64,000 nucleotides of DNA from NCBI GenBank assembly GCA_030390025.1, contig CM059438.1, positions 66,590,001-66,654,000 of the forward strand, in the 5' to 3' direction. Positions 23,951 through 36,376 of this stretch are shown in pieces. The notes under the pieces are model-generated. The model worked only from the letters and a program-made list of their open reading frames with translations. It did no database searches and had not been told where the DNA came from. The first letter of the stretch is position 1. Every line of letters starts with the position of its first letter. The translations under genes and the position numbers were made by a program. This DNA comes from Squalus acanthias (Eukaryota).

Positions 23951-25735
23951 CGACAGTGCTATCAAGCAGCACTTACTCACCAATAACATAGAAACATAGA
24001 AACTAGGAGCAGGAGTAGGCCATTCGGCCCGTCGAGCCTGCTCTACCATTCAATACAATCATGGCTGATCATCCAAATCCAGTACCCTGTCCCTGCTTTC
24101 TCACACAGAATCCCCACATCGAGCCTGCACCTATCCCACCCTATCCCCGTAACCCCACATATTTAATTACCCCTAACATATCCCATCCTATCCCCATAAC
24201 CCCACATATTTAATCCCCCCCTAACACTAAGGGTCAATTTATCATAGCCAAATCAACCTAACCCGCACATTTTTGGACTGTGGGAGGAAACCGGAGCACC
24301 CGGAGGAAACCCACGCAGACACGGGGAGAATGTGCAAACTCCACACAGACAGCCACCCGAGGTCAGATTCGAACCCGGGTCCCTGGCGCTGTGAGGCACC
24401 AGTGCTAACCACTATGCCACCGTGTGGTATAACCTGCTCACTGATGCCCAGTTTGGGTTCCGCCAAGACCACTCGGCTCCCGACCTCATTACAGCCTTGG
24501 TCCAAACATGGACAAAGGAGCTGAATTCCAGATGTGAGGTGAGAGTGACTTCCCTTGACATCAAGGCAGCATTTGACCGAGTCTGGCATCAATGAGCCCG
24601 AGTAAAACTGAAGTCAATGGGAATCGGGGGGAAAACGCTCCACTGGCTGGAGTCATACCTAGCATAAAGGAAGATGGTTGTGGTGGTTGAAGGTCAATCA
24701 TCACAGCCCCAGGACATTGCTGCAGGGGTTCCTCAGGGCAGTGTCCTAGGCCCAACCATCTTCAGCTGCTTCATCAATGACCTTCCCTCCAACATAAGGT
24801 CAGAAATGGGGATGTTCGCTGATGACTGCACAGTATTCAGCGCCATTCGCAATTCCACAGATAATGAAGCAGTCCATGCCCGCATTCAACAAGACCTGGA
24901 CGACGTTCAGGCTTGGGCTGATAAGTGGCAGGTAACATTCGCACCAAAGAAGTGCCAGGCAATGACTATCTCCAACAAGCGTGAGTCTAACCACCTCTCC
25001 TTGATATTCAATGGCATTACCATCGCCGAATCCCCCACTATCAATATCCTGGGGGTCACCATTAACCAGAAACCTAACTGGGCCAGCCATATAAATACTG
25101 TGGCAACAAGAGCAGGAATTCTGAGGCGAGTGTCTCACCTCCTGACACCCCAAAGCCTTTCCATCATCTACAAGGCACAAGTAGGGAGTGTGATGGAATA
25201 CTCTCCACTTGCCTGGATGAGTGCAGCTGCAACAACACTCAAGAAGCTCGACACCATCCAGGACAAAGCAGCCCGCTTGATTGGCACCCCATCCACCACC
25301 TTAAACATTCACTCCCTCCACCACCGGCGTACCGTGGCTGCAGTGTGTACCATCTACAAGATGCACTGCAGCAACTCGCCAAGGCTTCTTCGGCAGCACC
25401 TCCCAAACCCGCGACCTCTTCCAACTAGAAGGACAAGGGCAGCAGGTGCATGGGAACACCACCACCTCCAAGTTCCCCTCCAAATCACACACCATCCTGA
25501 CTTAGAAGTATATCGCCGATCCTTCATCGTCACTGGGTCAAAATCCTACCTAACAGCACTGTGGGAGTACCTTCACCACACGGACTGCAGCGGTTCAAGA
25601 AGGTGGCTCTCCACCACCTTCTCAAGGGCAACTAGGGATGGGCAATAAATGCTGGCATTGCCAGCGACGCCCTGATCCCTTAAACAAATTTTTAAAAAAT
25701 TACCAGCGACGCCCACACCCCGAGAATGACTAAAA
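23951..25735 (+). mobile_element. 5'-truncated CR1-group LINE (RT), interrupted by an HE1-like SINE
   Basis: 324-codon ORF 24674-25648 with GVPQGSVLGP and FADD; same family as 1291-3278; 3' terminal segment ccagcgacgccc duplicated. Confidence 0.92.
23988..24428 (-). mobile_element. HE1-like V-SINE (tRNA head, V domain, CR1/HER1 tail)
   Basis: Head ggtggcatagtggttagcac..ggttcgaatc; V domain gtggagtttgcacattctccccgtgtctgcgtgggtttcctccggg; tail tttctatgtttctatg; ataac duplicated at 23983-23987 and 24429-24433. Confidence 0.88.
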
Positions 25736-25919
25736 GATACAATAAATAACTTCAAAAATGGTGGCAGCATTGATTCCCAATATTTCAAGGTTTCCTTTTG
25801 AATCAGCGCATTCACCCTTTTGAGTTTGTGATCGTGTTGATGAAATGTTTTATTGAAAATGAATATGTCGACATGGGGCCTTGCATTTTGCCACACAGGA
25901 GGATACCTGATCAACATGA

Positions 25920-26525
25920 ATAAATCATTTAAAAAGGTGACGGAATGCTAGAATATCCAGCCATAACAGTGGGATACGGGTGTACAGTTTACAGCTGTGC
26001 TTTCAGTGCACTGATCAGACCATACTGTTAAATTTGATTACACCAGAAAGAGATAAGCATACATTAAACATTATAGAAAAGAGCGACAAAACTGATCCCA
26101 AGCGCAAATGTCATAAGCTGTAAGGCATGTGTTGACAAGCTGAAGTGTTGCAGTTTAAAAAGGAGGTGGTTAAGTGGGGGGAGTGGGGGGGCTGCGAGGG
26201 GTGGGGGGGGGGGGGGATGGGGGGAGGAGGTTTCTTGAAGTATTTGAAGAGGTGTCAATGAGGCAAATCCAAATTATTATCCGAGAAAGAAAGATCAGAG
26301 GACTTGTATAGAATTTGGGATAAAGTAAATTTAGATGAAAAACATCTTTGCTCAAAGAAAGATGAAGCATTTGTAATAATCTACCGAGCAAAGCAATGAA
26401 GGCAAAGGCATTGAGCCCATTCAAAAAAGATGAGATGTTATTATAATAGAGTTCATGTCCTGGATGGACGAACTTTAATGGGGCAAATGGCCTCTCTTCA
26501 CGCCTCACTTTTTTGTGTTCTTTCT
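25920..26525 (+). mobile_element. Old decayed CR1 3' fragment
   Basis: Residual LIRP/KRATKLIP-like coding and an aatggcctctcttc tail; highly diverged. Confidence 0.45.
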
Positions 26526-28165
26526 TCAAAGAGAATTCCTGATTGCAGTCGACCTGCGGGGGGGGGGGGGGGGGGAGGCGGGGGGGGGGGGGGCGGGGTG
26601 TGGGGGGGGGGGATGCAACAAATGGAGGGGAGGTACTTCAAAGAGAGATACGTAAAAAAGGTTACAGTCATTTAATGCAACACTTGCCAATCAGTGATGG
26701 AGCATCATTTGTAGGGACATGAGAGCAGGGCAACTACTGTTGCCTTGGCCAATAAAAGACATATGACACAGAGAGACCTAATGGAGCAAGAAAATAACCA
26801 AAAAGATAGATGTTGGAGAAATTGTGGGAAACTGCCAAGAAAATCCAGTTCTTAAAGGAGATGGGAATCCTATGGCTTATGACTGGATGCCCAGTAGTGG
26901 AGTTCAAGGTATTTATTCAGTTGAAGGCTTCAAATTGCATCGTAAACTGAAATATTGTATTAATACCATTAATCCTGTGATAGATTTTTTTTCCAGGGGT
27001 TAAAAGTTTTAAATCTGCTACTGCCTCATTTAATCTTGCAGTTTGGGGCTGTAATTACCTGACAAGATATCATATTATAATCGATGATGAATTAATATAT
27101 TTTTTTTAATTGATCACTCGGGCAAGGTAAAAAAAAATGCAAATGTTGGAAATACATAACGGGTCCCTTGAGCTTCAGAAAAAGAAAAATAGGCAGGTTA
27201 AGGTTTTAGATAGAAATACATCACCTCATAGGCCGGCTGTGTACTTCTAGCATTTTCTGTATCTAATATGATTGGCTGGTGCATTGGCGGTACAGATCAG
27301 CCATGACCTAATTGAATGGAGGCTCGAGGGGCTGAATGGCCCACTTCCTGTGTTCTTACGAATGTCCTTATGAAATGAGCAACAGGTCAATCAGCCACTG
27401 AAAGAGAAAGATAGACTAACATTTCAGTTTTGACACTCCATCAGAACTCTTCTTTTGTTACTTATAACCTTTTGCCTAATTCATTCCTGTCTCAGTTGCC
27501 AGTGTTGCCATTTTTCAAAATATGTAGCTTTTTAAAAAAAAAGTGATTTACTCCAGCATATTTGAATCTCCCATGTAAATTATGAGCAGATGACCACTCC
27601 ACGATCTCAGATGTTAGCTGTGTTGTGGTGCAGTCACCTAAGAGTCAGTGAGTTACATGCGTAGGAGAGCATTAGAAAATTGCAGAAAACAAAATATTTG
27701 TTTTGTTTCTCAAAGATTCTGAATAAGTCGATGCTTTAAAACAACCCTGCTGCAGAAGAAGAGTAATAGAAATTCTCAATGATGCTGGGAACTAGGATTT
27801 GCAAGGCCACCAGGTTTGGGCAGCATCTGTGTGTGTCACATGATGTTACAAAATTATGCTCTTTAAAAATACAATATTGCTGATTATAAAATTGCGCAAG
27901 TAACCCCTTGACATAATCCAGATGTGATGTAAATTCATCTTGTCACATGCTATAAGACAGCTTTGTGTACATTATAGATCTTAGACTTGACTGAATTCTC
28001 AATCTCCATGTTAAATTGAGCGATCAAGGTGAGGGACCCAGTTACATGATAAGGTTTTTAAAACATTTATGATTTACATCCCCTCCCATACTGCTCAGTC
28101 CTCTGATTCTGGTTTTCGTGCAGCCCTCGCTTCCTTTGGCCCCCATTGACAGCAGAGTCTTTGTA

Positions 28166-28602
28166 CGGCTGTGGCTCAGTTGGTAGCACACTCGCCTCTG
28201 AGTCAGAAGGTTCATGGGTTCAAGTCCCACTCCAGGGACTCGAGCGGCATAAAGCTAGGCTGACACTCCAGTGCTGAGGGAGCGCTGCACTGTCGAAGGT
28301 GCCGTCTTTCGGAGGAGACGTTAAACCGAGGCCTCGTCTGCTCTCTCAGGTGGACGTAAAAGATCCTCGAAGAAGAACGGGGGGAGTTATCCCCGGTGTC
28401 CTGGCCAAATTTTTATCCCCCAACCAACATAACCAAAAAAACAGATTATCTGGGCATTATCACATTGCTGTTTGTGGGAGCTTGCTGTGCGCAAATTGGC
28501 TGCCGCGTTTCCCACATTACATCAGTGACTCCACTCCAAATAGTACTTCATCCGGTGGTCGTGAAAGGTGCTATATAAACGCAAGTCTTTTTGTTCTTTT
28601 CT
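28166..28602 (+). mobile_element. Deu-domain tRNA SINE (SacSINE1-like)
   Basis: gtggctcagttggtagcacactcgcctctgagtcagaaggttcatgggttcaagtccc; Deu-like core; L2-type tail. Confidence 0.85.
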
Positions 28603-28604
28603 TT

Positions 28605-28835
28605 CGGGTCTCGAGCCCTCTCCTTGGAGCTCCTTCCCTGAACCTCTGCACCTTGCAACTTCTCTTTTGCCCCTTTAAGAACCCTTGCGAAACCCATCAT
28701 TTCACCCAAGTTTTTGATCGTCCATCCCATCACTCCCTCCATGGAGTGGTGCCAGCTCCGCTACCTTTTTCATATTTGTGATTTGCCTTGAGGTGTTTTT
28801 TCCATATTACAGGCACAATATAAATGCAAGCTGTG
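28605..28835 (+). mobile_element. L2 3' UTR fragment
   Basis: cccctttaagaaccc..ccaagtttttgatc..tataaatgcaag similar to 930-1135. Confidence 0.6.
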
Positions 28836-29721
28836 ATTGTTCTTGTATAGATCAAGCTGGTCTGATCTGAATGGGAATCGCACTGTCAAAGGGGCAGTGT
28901 TACACAGAATGTGCACACTGCACAAAGTGTTTCTTGACCAAGGTAAGGCATTCTTAAAATACCCAGGATCTGTGCACAGCTGCTGTGCTGCTGTATGTTT
29001 GTGTTGTGCTGTGGTGATTGGAGATAGCTCCCAGCCTCTGCTGACTACTTGATGGATGAAAAGTTTTTTTTTGGGATCCTTAAGGAATTTCTATCCTGCT
29101 TTCTCTGGGCTGTTCTGTTGCATCAACGCAATGTTTACCTCAGCTTCCGAACCATATTCTGTGCTTTACTTAGCTAAAGATCAGTTTAATGAGTTGCCGT
29201 ACACTTGCAATTTGCTGGAGCTCTCCAGGGTTAGTTCTGGAATTTGCCAACTTGTTTTTGAGCTGTTGTGTAACTTTAGAGCGCAGAATCCAGACGGCCA
29301 TCTACTCTACAGCCATGATCGCTCCAAGCTTGAACTCTGGAGTTGGGCATTGTCATTTCTCGTCAGAATGTGCGAGACCTCCCGGCAGGGGCTTTGGGCA
29401 CTGGCAGTCGCAGCATTTTGTTCTTGGGCCACCCTTAGATCCAGTCTTTCTGTCACAGATGGGATAGGTTTTGTCAGTTCATGGCTGATGGCCTGATGGA
29501 TGATTGAAGCTGTTGGGGCACCCAGTTTGGGGAGCAGAGGCGGAGAGAAACTTTCGGCATGTTGTGAGTGCGTTTCCTATCGTCTGATCACCAAGAGGCT
29601 AATGCCTCAATCGTAACTTGGACAATTCTTTTCTCTCAGTAAGGAGGGAGGGAAATAAGCCCTGTTTTTCTGAAAACGCTTTGAGACCTTTTTTTTAGAA
29701 GAAAGTCGGGCAAATAATTCA

Positions 29722-30389
29722 GTGTAGAGTTTCCACTTTTGGGTGCAATTGACAACCCGGGCGCAAATTGCGCTTGAAATTGCACTAGTTTTCCAAAGTG
29801 AAGTTATGGTTCACGTTTACAATAAACATATTTGCATAATCACAAACGTAAAATCTTCCACGAATCAGCGTAATCGGGCAGCGTAATAGAACGTAATCGT
29901 TTAAATTTATTTCCTTACATTAAAAAATATTCCTTGATGTATTTAAGAGTGGTAACCTGGTGCAGTTTGTTTAATACAGCTGAAAATGGGTTTAATCACA
30001 AAAAAATAATCATTTTTAATAAGAGTGTCTAGTCCACCAACTGTGAGTAACCTGATTTTAAATAACTGAAAATGACTTAAAAAAAATACTGAACCATTTA
30101 CTAGTTTCATTGGTGTACACCAGTCAGTTTTTTAGTAAATTAAATTTTTTGAAACTTTTGACACATGCCTACTGGGTTCGGCTAAATAAACAGCTCCATT
30201 TGAAGAGCCTCCCTGATGGGTCGCAAACTGGGGCGCAATCGGCAGAAACTAGCCAAGCTCATTAATTCGACCTGGGGGTGTGGCCAGTTTTGTGGGCGGG
30301 GCCGGCTTCCAGTCCAATCTTTTTTTAAACCGGCGCAAGAGATCGTGGAACCTCGATTTATGCTCGACGTAACTTGTGCTTAAAATTCC
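29722..30389. mobile_element. Non-autonomous DNA transposon (family D, Harbinger-like)
   Basis: CpG-rich arms (ccgggcgcaaattgcgc..cacgaatc) with AT-rich core; left arm is reverse-similar to 34090-34216. Confidence 0.5.
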
Positions 30390-30392
30390 TTG

Positions 30393-31020
30393 GGGGGAAC
30401 AATTCGGTTGATTTTTCACCTCCCGTTAGCGCCCTCAGTCTTGAATATACTCAACGGGGCGCAAAGCAACTAGCGCCTGGGCACGGCGCCGACAATGCCT
30501 CCCATGAAATTCAGCAGGAGGTTAGCGGCGGCGGTAACCGTTAGCGCCCCGCGGCGCTGCAGCGCCGCCGATGACATCATGTCCGACAGGGTCAGGGGGG
30601 CCCTACCTGCAGCCGGGGTGGCGAAAATTAAAGGGGAGGTGCCGGGTGGCCATTTTTGTTGCTGGCTGCCTGCCAGCACCTGCCCCCGTTGCTGTCCCCG
30701 GCCTCCTGTGCAGTCCCCGCGGAGTGCCGGCTGCGTTCCGTGAGCCCGTGGGCCCCGGGTCAAGCTGCGCCAGGCCCCTCCCTTTAAGAAGGGGAGGAAG
30801 GCCTGCAGTACCGCGGCGCGACGTGCCGCAGAGCGTGGCGCTGTGGTACGTAGCGCTGTGATATTCACTCGCAGCACCCCAAGAGGGAGGCGGGGCGCTT
30901 CCAGTAGCGCACCGCATCCCTCTTGGGGCGCTACCAGTGAATTTTGGGCGCGGGGGTGCTAAATTTTAGCGCCCCGGCGAAGTTAGTGCCCCAAAGGGCG
31001 CGCGACCCAATTTTTCCCCC
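30393..31020. mobile_element. PIF/Harbinger MITE (family A, reverse orientation)
   Basis: Termini gggggaacaatt / aatttttccccc; TSD TTG (30390-30392, 31021-31023). Confidence 0.85.
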
Positions 31021-31159
31021 TTGATCTTTTATGCTGGTTTGGCCAACTTCAGCCAAATTGTTCTGGAAAAACCAACACAAACAAGCAAATACGCTGCTGT
31101 TTTTCAATCAGCCCTGTATAAAATTGAACTTATTCCATGAGCTGAGGCCTTGGGGGTAT

Positions 31160-31395
31160 AAAAACATAAGAAATAGGAGCAGGAATAGGCCACACGGCCC
31201 CTCGAGCCTGCTCCGCCATTCAATAAGATCATGGCTGATCTTGGGCTCAAAGCCACTTCCCTGCCCGCTCCCCATAACCCTTCACCCCCTAATCTTGCAA
31301 AAATCTGTCTATCTCCACCTTAAATGTATTTAATGACCCAGCCTCCACAGCTCTCTGTGGCAGAGAATTCCATGGATTTACGACCCTCTTAGAGA
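31160..31395 (-). mobile_element. CR1 LINE 3' end
   Basis: RVVNPWNSLPQRAVEAGSLNTFKVEIDRFL plus typical tail. Confidence 0.88.
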
Positions 31396-31467
31396 GAATT
31401 ACTGTAATATTGGTGTTTTCAGGATCAGTGCATGAGTTGAAAGAAACCAAATCAGCTATGTATTCTG

Positions 31468-32423
31468 AAACAACAACAGAAAATGCTGGAAACACTCAGC
31501 AAGTCAGGCAGCATCGTGGAGAGAGAAACAGTTAATGTTTCAGGTCGATGACCCTTCATCAGAACTGGAAAAAGTTGGAGATGGAACAGGTTTTTAAGCA
31601 AGTGCAGGGGCAGGGAAAGGGGGAGAGGAGGAAAGAACAAAAGGGAAGGTCTGTGATAGGATGGAAGGCAGGAGAGATTAAGAGACAAAAGGGATGATGG
31701 TGCAAGGCAAAAGGAGATGATAATGGGACAAGTTAAGAAACAGAAATGATTCTAGATGAGGTGTAAATGGCGATGGCAGAATCATCAACTGCTGCCATGT
31801 GAGAGAAGAAAGAAAATATAGGGGCCGAGGTTATGGTCTGAAATTGTTGAACTCGATGTTGAGTCCAGAAGGCTGTAAAGTGCCTAATCAAAAGATGAGG
31901 TGCTGTTCCTCGAGCTTACGTTGAGCTTCGTTGGAACAGTGTAAGAGGCCGAGGACGGAGAGGTCAGAGTGGAGCGGAGAATTAAAGTGACAGGCGATCG
32001 GAAGCTCGGGGTCACATTTGCAGACTGAACAGAAATGTTCCGCAAAGTGGTCACTCAATCTGTGTAGAGGAGACCGCATCGTGAGCAGCAAATACGGTAA
32101 ACTAAATTGCAAGAGGTACAAGTAAATCGCTGTTTCGCCTGGAAGGAATGTTTGGGGCTTTGGACAGTGGGAAAGGAGGAAGTAAAAGAGCAGGTGTTGC
32201 ATCTCCTTGCATGGGAAGGTGCCGTGGGAAGGGGAAGGGGTGTTGGGGGCGATAGAGGAGTGGACCAGGGTGTCGCGGAGGGAGTGGTCCCTTCGGAATG
32301 CTGAAAGGGGAGGGGAGGGGAAGATGTGTTTGGTGGTGGGATCACGTTGGAGGTGGCGGAAATGGCGGAGGATGATCCGTTGAATGTGGAGGCTGGTGGG
32401 GTGAAAGGTGATGACAAGTGGAA
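31468..32423 (-). mobile_element. Penelope-like element 3' part (GIY-YIG endonuclease and pLTR)
   Basis: RCNTC..FTCTSCNLVY.ICCSRCGLLY..RLSDHFAEH..HFNS..RKLEEQHLIF; 15-bp TSD cagctatg(t/c)attctg at 31453-31467 and 32424-32438. Confidence 0.9.
31530..31566 (-). ncRNA. Minimal hammerhead ribozyme motif (second sequence type)
   Basis: AGUU-CUGAUGA-AG-GGUC.AUC.GACC-U-GAAA-CAUU-AACU; palindrome ACGU mutated to ACAU. Confidence 0.65.
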
Positions 32424-32560
32424 CAGCTATGCATTCTGTCGCCTCCTCTCACCTTGCCGTGCATTCTCTCCTCTCCCCTTGACAGCCATTTCATTTCACC
32501 AACTGCAACCCAAGTCCAGCAGCTGATACACTGGATAGGTCCCACTCCTCTTTAGGTGAC

Positions 32561-33025
32561 AACATTGGCTCAGTGGTAGCTCTCTCAACTCTGAGTCTGG
32601 AGTGGGGCTTGAGCCCACAAGCTTCTGAGACTCGAGCACAAAATCCAGGCTGACACTTCAGTGCAGTACTGAGGGAGTGCTGCACTGTTGGAGGTGCCGT
32701 CTTTTGGCTGGGATATTAAACTGAGGTCCCGACTACCCTCTCTGGTGCATGTAAAAAAATCCCATGCCACTGTTCAAAGAAGAGCAGGGGAGTTTTCCTG
32801 ATATCCTGGCCAAAAGTTATCCCTCAACCAACATGAATAAAACAGATTATCTGGTCATGCATCTCAGTGCTGTTTGTGGTACCTTGCTGTGTGAAAAATG
32901 ATTCCCGTGTTTTCCTACATGGCCACAGTGACTACACTTCAAAAGCTTTTTATTGGCTGCAAAGCACTTTGGGATGTCCCGAGGCCGTGAGAGATGCTAT
33001 ATAAATGCAAGGCCATTCTTTCTTT
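32561..33025 (+). mobile_element. Deu-domain tRNA SINE
   Basis: tggctcagtggtagc head, Deu-like core, gctatataaatgcaag tail. Confidence 0.8.
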
Positions 33026-34084
33026 CCTCTTCATGCTACTTCCAGCACTAATGACCCAGATTGCCACACAAGAGACAGGAATTCCCATTCTTGCATTATT
33101 TCCCACCTACGGTGTGCAGCGACCTCAGTCCAGCCAGTCGCGCTGGGAGTAGCGTGAAGAGGAGAAGCAGAGTCTGTCCAGTGCACTGGCCATTCCACTC
33201 GGGAGGAGCAGAACAAGGAAAGAGACACAGAACGGGGCCCAGTTGGACTCCTTTTGCATTGCAATCACCGTCTGTCGACATGAAATGTTGACGGTTGGCA
33301 CGTATGTAGGCAAAAGTGCGACCAACTGAACCAAGATGACACCAGGCCAGGTTTCTTTGAATCCCTTTCAGTGAGACTAAATAAAACAGGATGTTAGATC
33401 CTTGCTGTTCAGTTACTGTCGGTGCAGATACTATTAAATGTAGCTCTGTGACTTCAAACACTGTGGAAATGATCAGAGTTTCTGTGAAAGTGGCCTGTCT
33501 GATGTGAATCCTTCAGGACTTGAAAGCCCAGGTTCAGAAAGAAAAATAATGCCATTTGCATATGTTTTCAAATTTCCATAATGCTGATGACAACAAAAGA
33601 TACATATTTAAAGTTGCATATTATTTGTCATTGGGCGTTATTTTAGACTCTTTATAGCCAGATGTTTTGTGACAGCATTAACCTCATGATTGTAGATGGA
33701 ATGAGATCTAATGATGTAGGTTCTTACATGTTATGTTACTTAGACGAAGAAAATAATTCAGACTGAGTCAAAGCAAGTATGAGAACCTGCTATCGGCGAA
33801 GCTTTTCAATTTTTAACGTGACTTATGCCCTAAATATGCATTAATAGAAAGAAAATACAGAGCAGGTTGCAGTGAGGATTTTTTTTTACAACATTCAAAA
33901 AATTGCAAATAAATGACCAGAAAAACAACTTTGTTCCCTGCTGCACCTGAAAATCTAGTCGCAATATTGAGCGACCCACCCCGCCTCCCACCCCCGAACA
34001 AGTGCAATTTGGAGGATAGTCACATTTGAGAGTCTGGGGTATGGCCAGAGATTTGTTTGGACGGAGGGTTTGATGGATGGACGT

Positions 34085-34332
34085 AAATGGTGGAAGAGAC
34101 TTGGGCGTATTTTACTCACTTACGCCCAAAATTCCACGATCTTTTGAGCCACGTAATTTGCTTGCGCCCGGATTACGGGTGTAACTGGATGCAAATGCGC
34201 AGGAAACTCCCAGGCCCTGCTGTTCACCTCCAGCAGCTTTTTTTATTAACTGCTGCCGAGATGTTTCCCTCCCCTAACTCCTCAATTAACTCGCAGCAGT
34301 GTCCTAGTTCGACTGGGGTAAAGTTATGGCCT
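34085..34332. mobile_element. Fragments of Harbinger-like MITE ends
   Basis: Reverse similarity to 29722-29880; termini ggaaactcccaggccc and aaagttatggcc. Confidence 0.4.
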
Positions 34333-35483
34333 AAATGTAGCAGCAGTATACCCAATTAGATTTTCATTTCAACCTCTAGTGTCTAGTTGTGTTTCAGGAG
34401 TGAGACTCTCTTTGTAAAAAATGTTTCCTTCCTCTCTCTCTTCTAGGGTCTTCTGGGACTAAAGTTCAACTTTTAATTACAAAAACAAAATGGGATAATG
34501 TCCGTTTTTCTCTGTAATTCATGACCCCAGGATTGAAATTGCACATTTCTGTGATTTTTTGTTGTTGTTAGGGTTGTGACATAGAAAAATGGACAATCTC
34601 CTTTCCATCATGAAAAGAGAAAGATTGAATGGGGAGTTTATTTGGCCACACACCTCTGCTAACGCCGCATTGAAACTGTCTACTGCAAAGTCCTTCAGAG
34701 CACCCGAGCTGACTTCCACCACTATCCCCCCCACCCCACCTCATTGATGATTTATTGTTCTATATTCCACCCCCCGCTCCTGTACCAAAGCAAATGAGCT
34801 CTGTCTGGTGCCTCGTTGCAGTGTTGCATGACCTCAGTATGTAAAAGAATACTCGACGACTGCACAAGTTTAATCTTTCTTTTTCAACTTTTAACACACA
34901 TTTGCCAACCAGGGTTTGGTCAGTTTATGCTATGTTCGCATAGTGCTTCTTACAATTGTGAACATAGTGCAGGATGAGTGGCCTAGGAATTAAGCCACAC
35001 ACTATCCATTTTTCCACTGCTAAATGGCCTCCAACATGGCAGGCAGGAAGCATACGCTCATAATGACCTGGAAGTGCACCGCCCGCCATATTGGTAAAGG
35101 CCAAAAAAGGTCAGTTCAATGCTAATGAGGCCCAGAGCTCAATATCGGGTGCACCTAATGCCTCACCATTCAGGCACAGGGAGAGGATCTTGCGCTCCCA
35201 CCACCACCACCACCCTCCCCCGCAACCCCCACATGCCCAAGATTGGTGGGTTGTAGACTGATGTGTCACTCTCTTCGGCACTGGCTGTAATTTATATCTT
35301 TTGTGGGCATTGTTTTATATTTTTGGGTTAGCAGTTTATTTGTGTAGGAATCGGGGTGATGTGCAGAGCAGTTTAGTTCAAGGCTTAGAGTGGTAGTACT
35401 GAGTATGAGGACACACTAAATTGTTGGGATCAAAGAGAAAAATAATGCAATAAATCCTCAATATTTGGTGTTCAGAAAATTAA

Positions 35484-36376
35484 GGGGTAGAAATTAGGTC
35501 GCGCCCCATTTGGGGCGCAAATATCGTCTGGACGCAAATATTAGCGCCTGGCGCTAATTATCGGCACTGACAGGAAACTTCACTTTTACCGCCCCGGGAG
35601 GTGAGTGGAGCGCTAAAGCAGGCGCTGCACACCTCTCTTAAGGCGCAAAGGGCGAGCAGTGAGGCGTTAACTCGGAGCGCTGGTGAAGCTCATGTAATGT
35701 CAGTCAGCAATGGAACACACACACAATGGCACGGGCCAGTTCTTAAAGGGGATGGTTAATCTTGCTTTCCATCCACATCCTGTTCATTGCAGCCTTGAAT
35801 CTCGGCCTGGAGAGACTTGCACATCAAATGTGCTGGAAAGTACAATGGAGAGTACCAGGCAAAGAGCTCAGAGTGCAGCTCCCACAGTCTCTGCTAAATC
35901 GATACAAGGAATGGCAAATCAAAATGAACCTGCAAAGTGCTGCTCAGTACCCAAAACTCCTTCACACAACGTTGAATCTCTCCAGAAGTCTCTCCCTCTC
36001 TCTCTCAGAATGCGTAGTTCAAAAATGCCACCAACAATAAAAGACAGGAAGAGGCCCCCTTTAAATAGCGCCCCCCCCAGCCCCACAGCGATTGATAGCG
36101 TTCCAGTCTTCTGGTCGTTGGAAGCGCCAGGCGGTAAGGCAGGGGGCGCCACTCAATTTCTGCTACGGGGCGCCACAAGGGCGTTGCACCATGGAATGAC
36201 GTCACAATCTGCGCGCGCAGGTGGTCGCAGCGGTAAGTTTTAGCGCCGCCGCACAATCTCAAGTTAAGTTCTCGAGCGGCGCAAACATCGCTGCGCCCGG
36301 GCGTTAGCGCCTTTGCGCCCCATTAGCGCCCTCTTAAGGCGCTAACGGGAGGCGCAACCAAGTGAATTTTTACCCC
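35484..36376. mobile_element. PIF/Harbinger MITE (family A, long subtype)
   Basis: TIR ggggtagaaatt / aatttttacccc; exact TSD TAA (35481-35483, 36377-36379); reverse homolog at 49441-50332. Confidence 0.88.

Noticed and set aside
24674..25648. Functional reverse transcriptase gene (longest ORF, 324 aa)
   Set aside because: It is a 5'-truncated LINE with upstream stops, a SINE insertion and small deletions relative to its paralog.
27415..27450. Additional hammerhead ribozyme
   Set aside because: It is a pLTR-like relic, but the core and stem II are too degenerate to call.
28166..28240. tRNA gene (also heads at about 10690-10752, 24360-24425 and 51820-51877)
   Set aside because: The A/B boxes continue directly into SINE bodies and LINE-derived tails, and no complete cloverleaf is evident.
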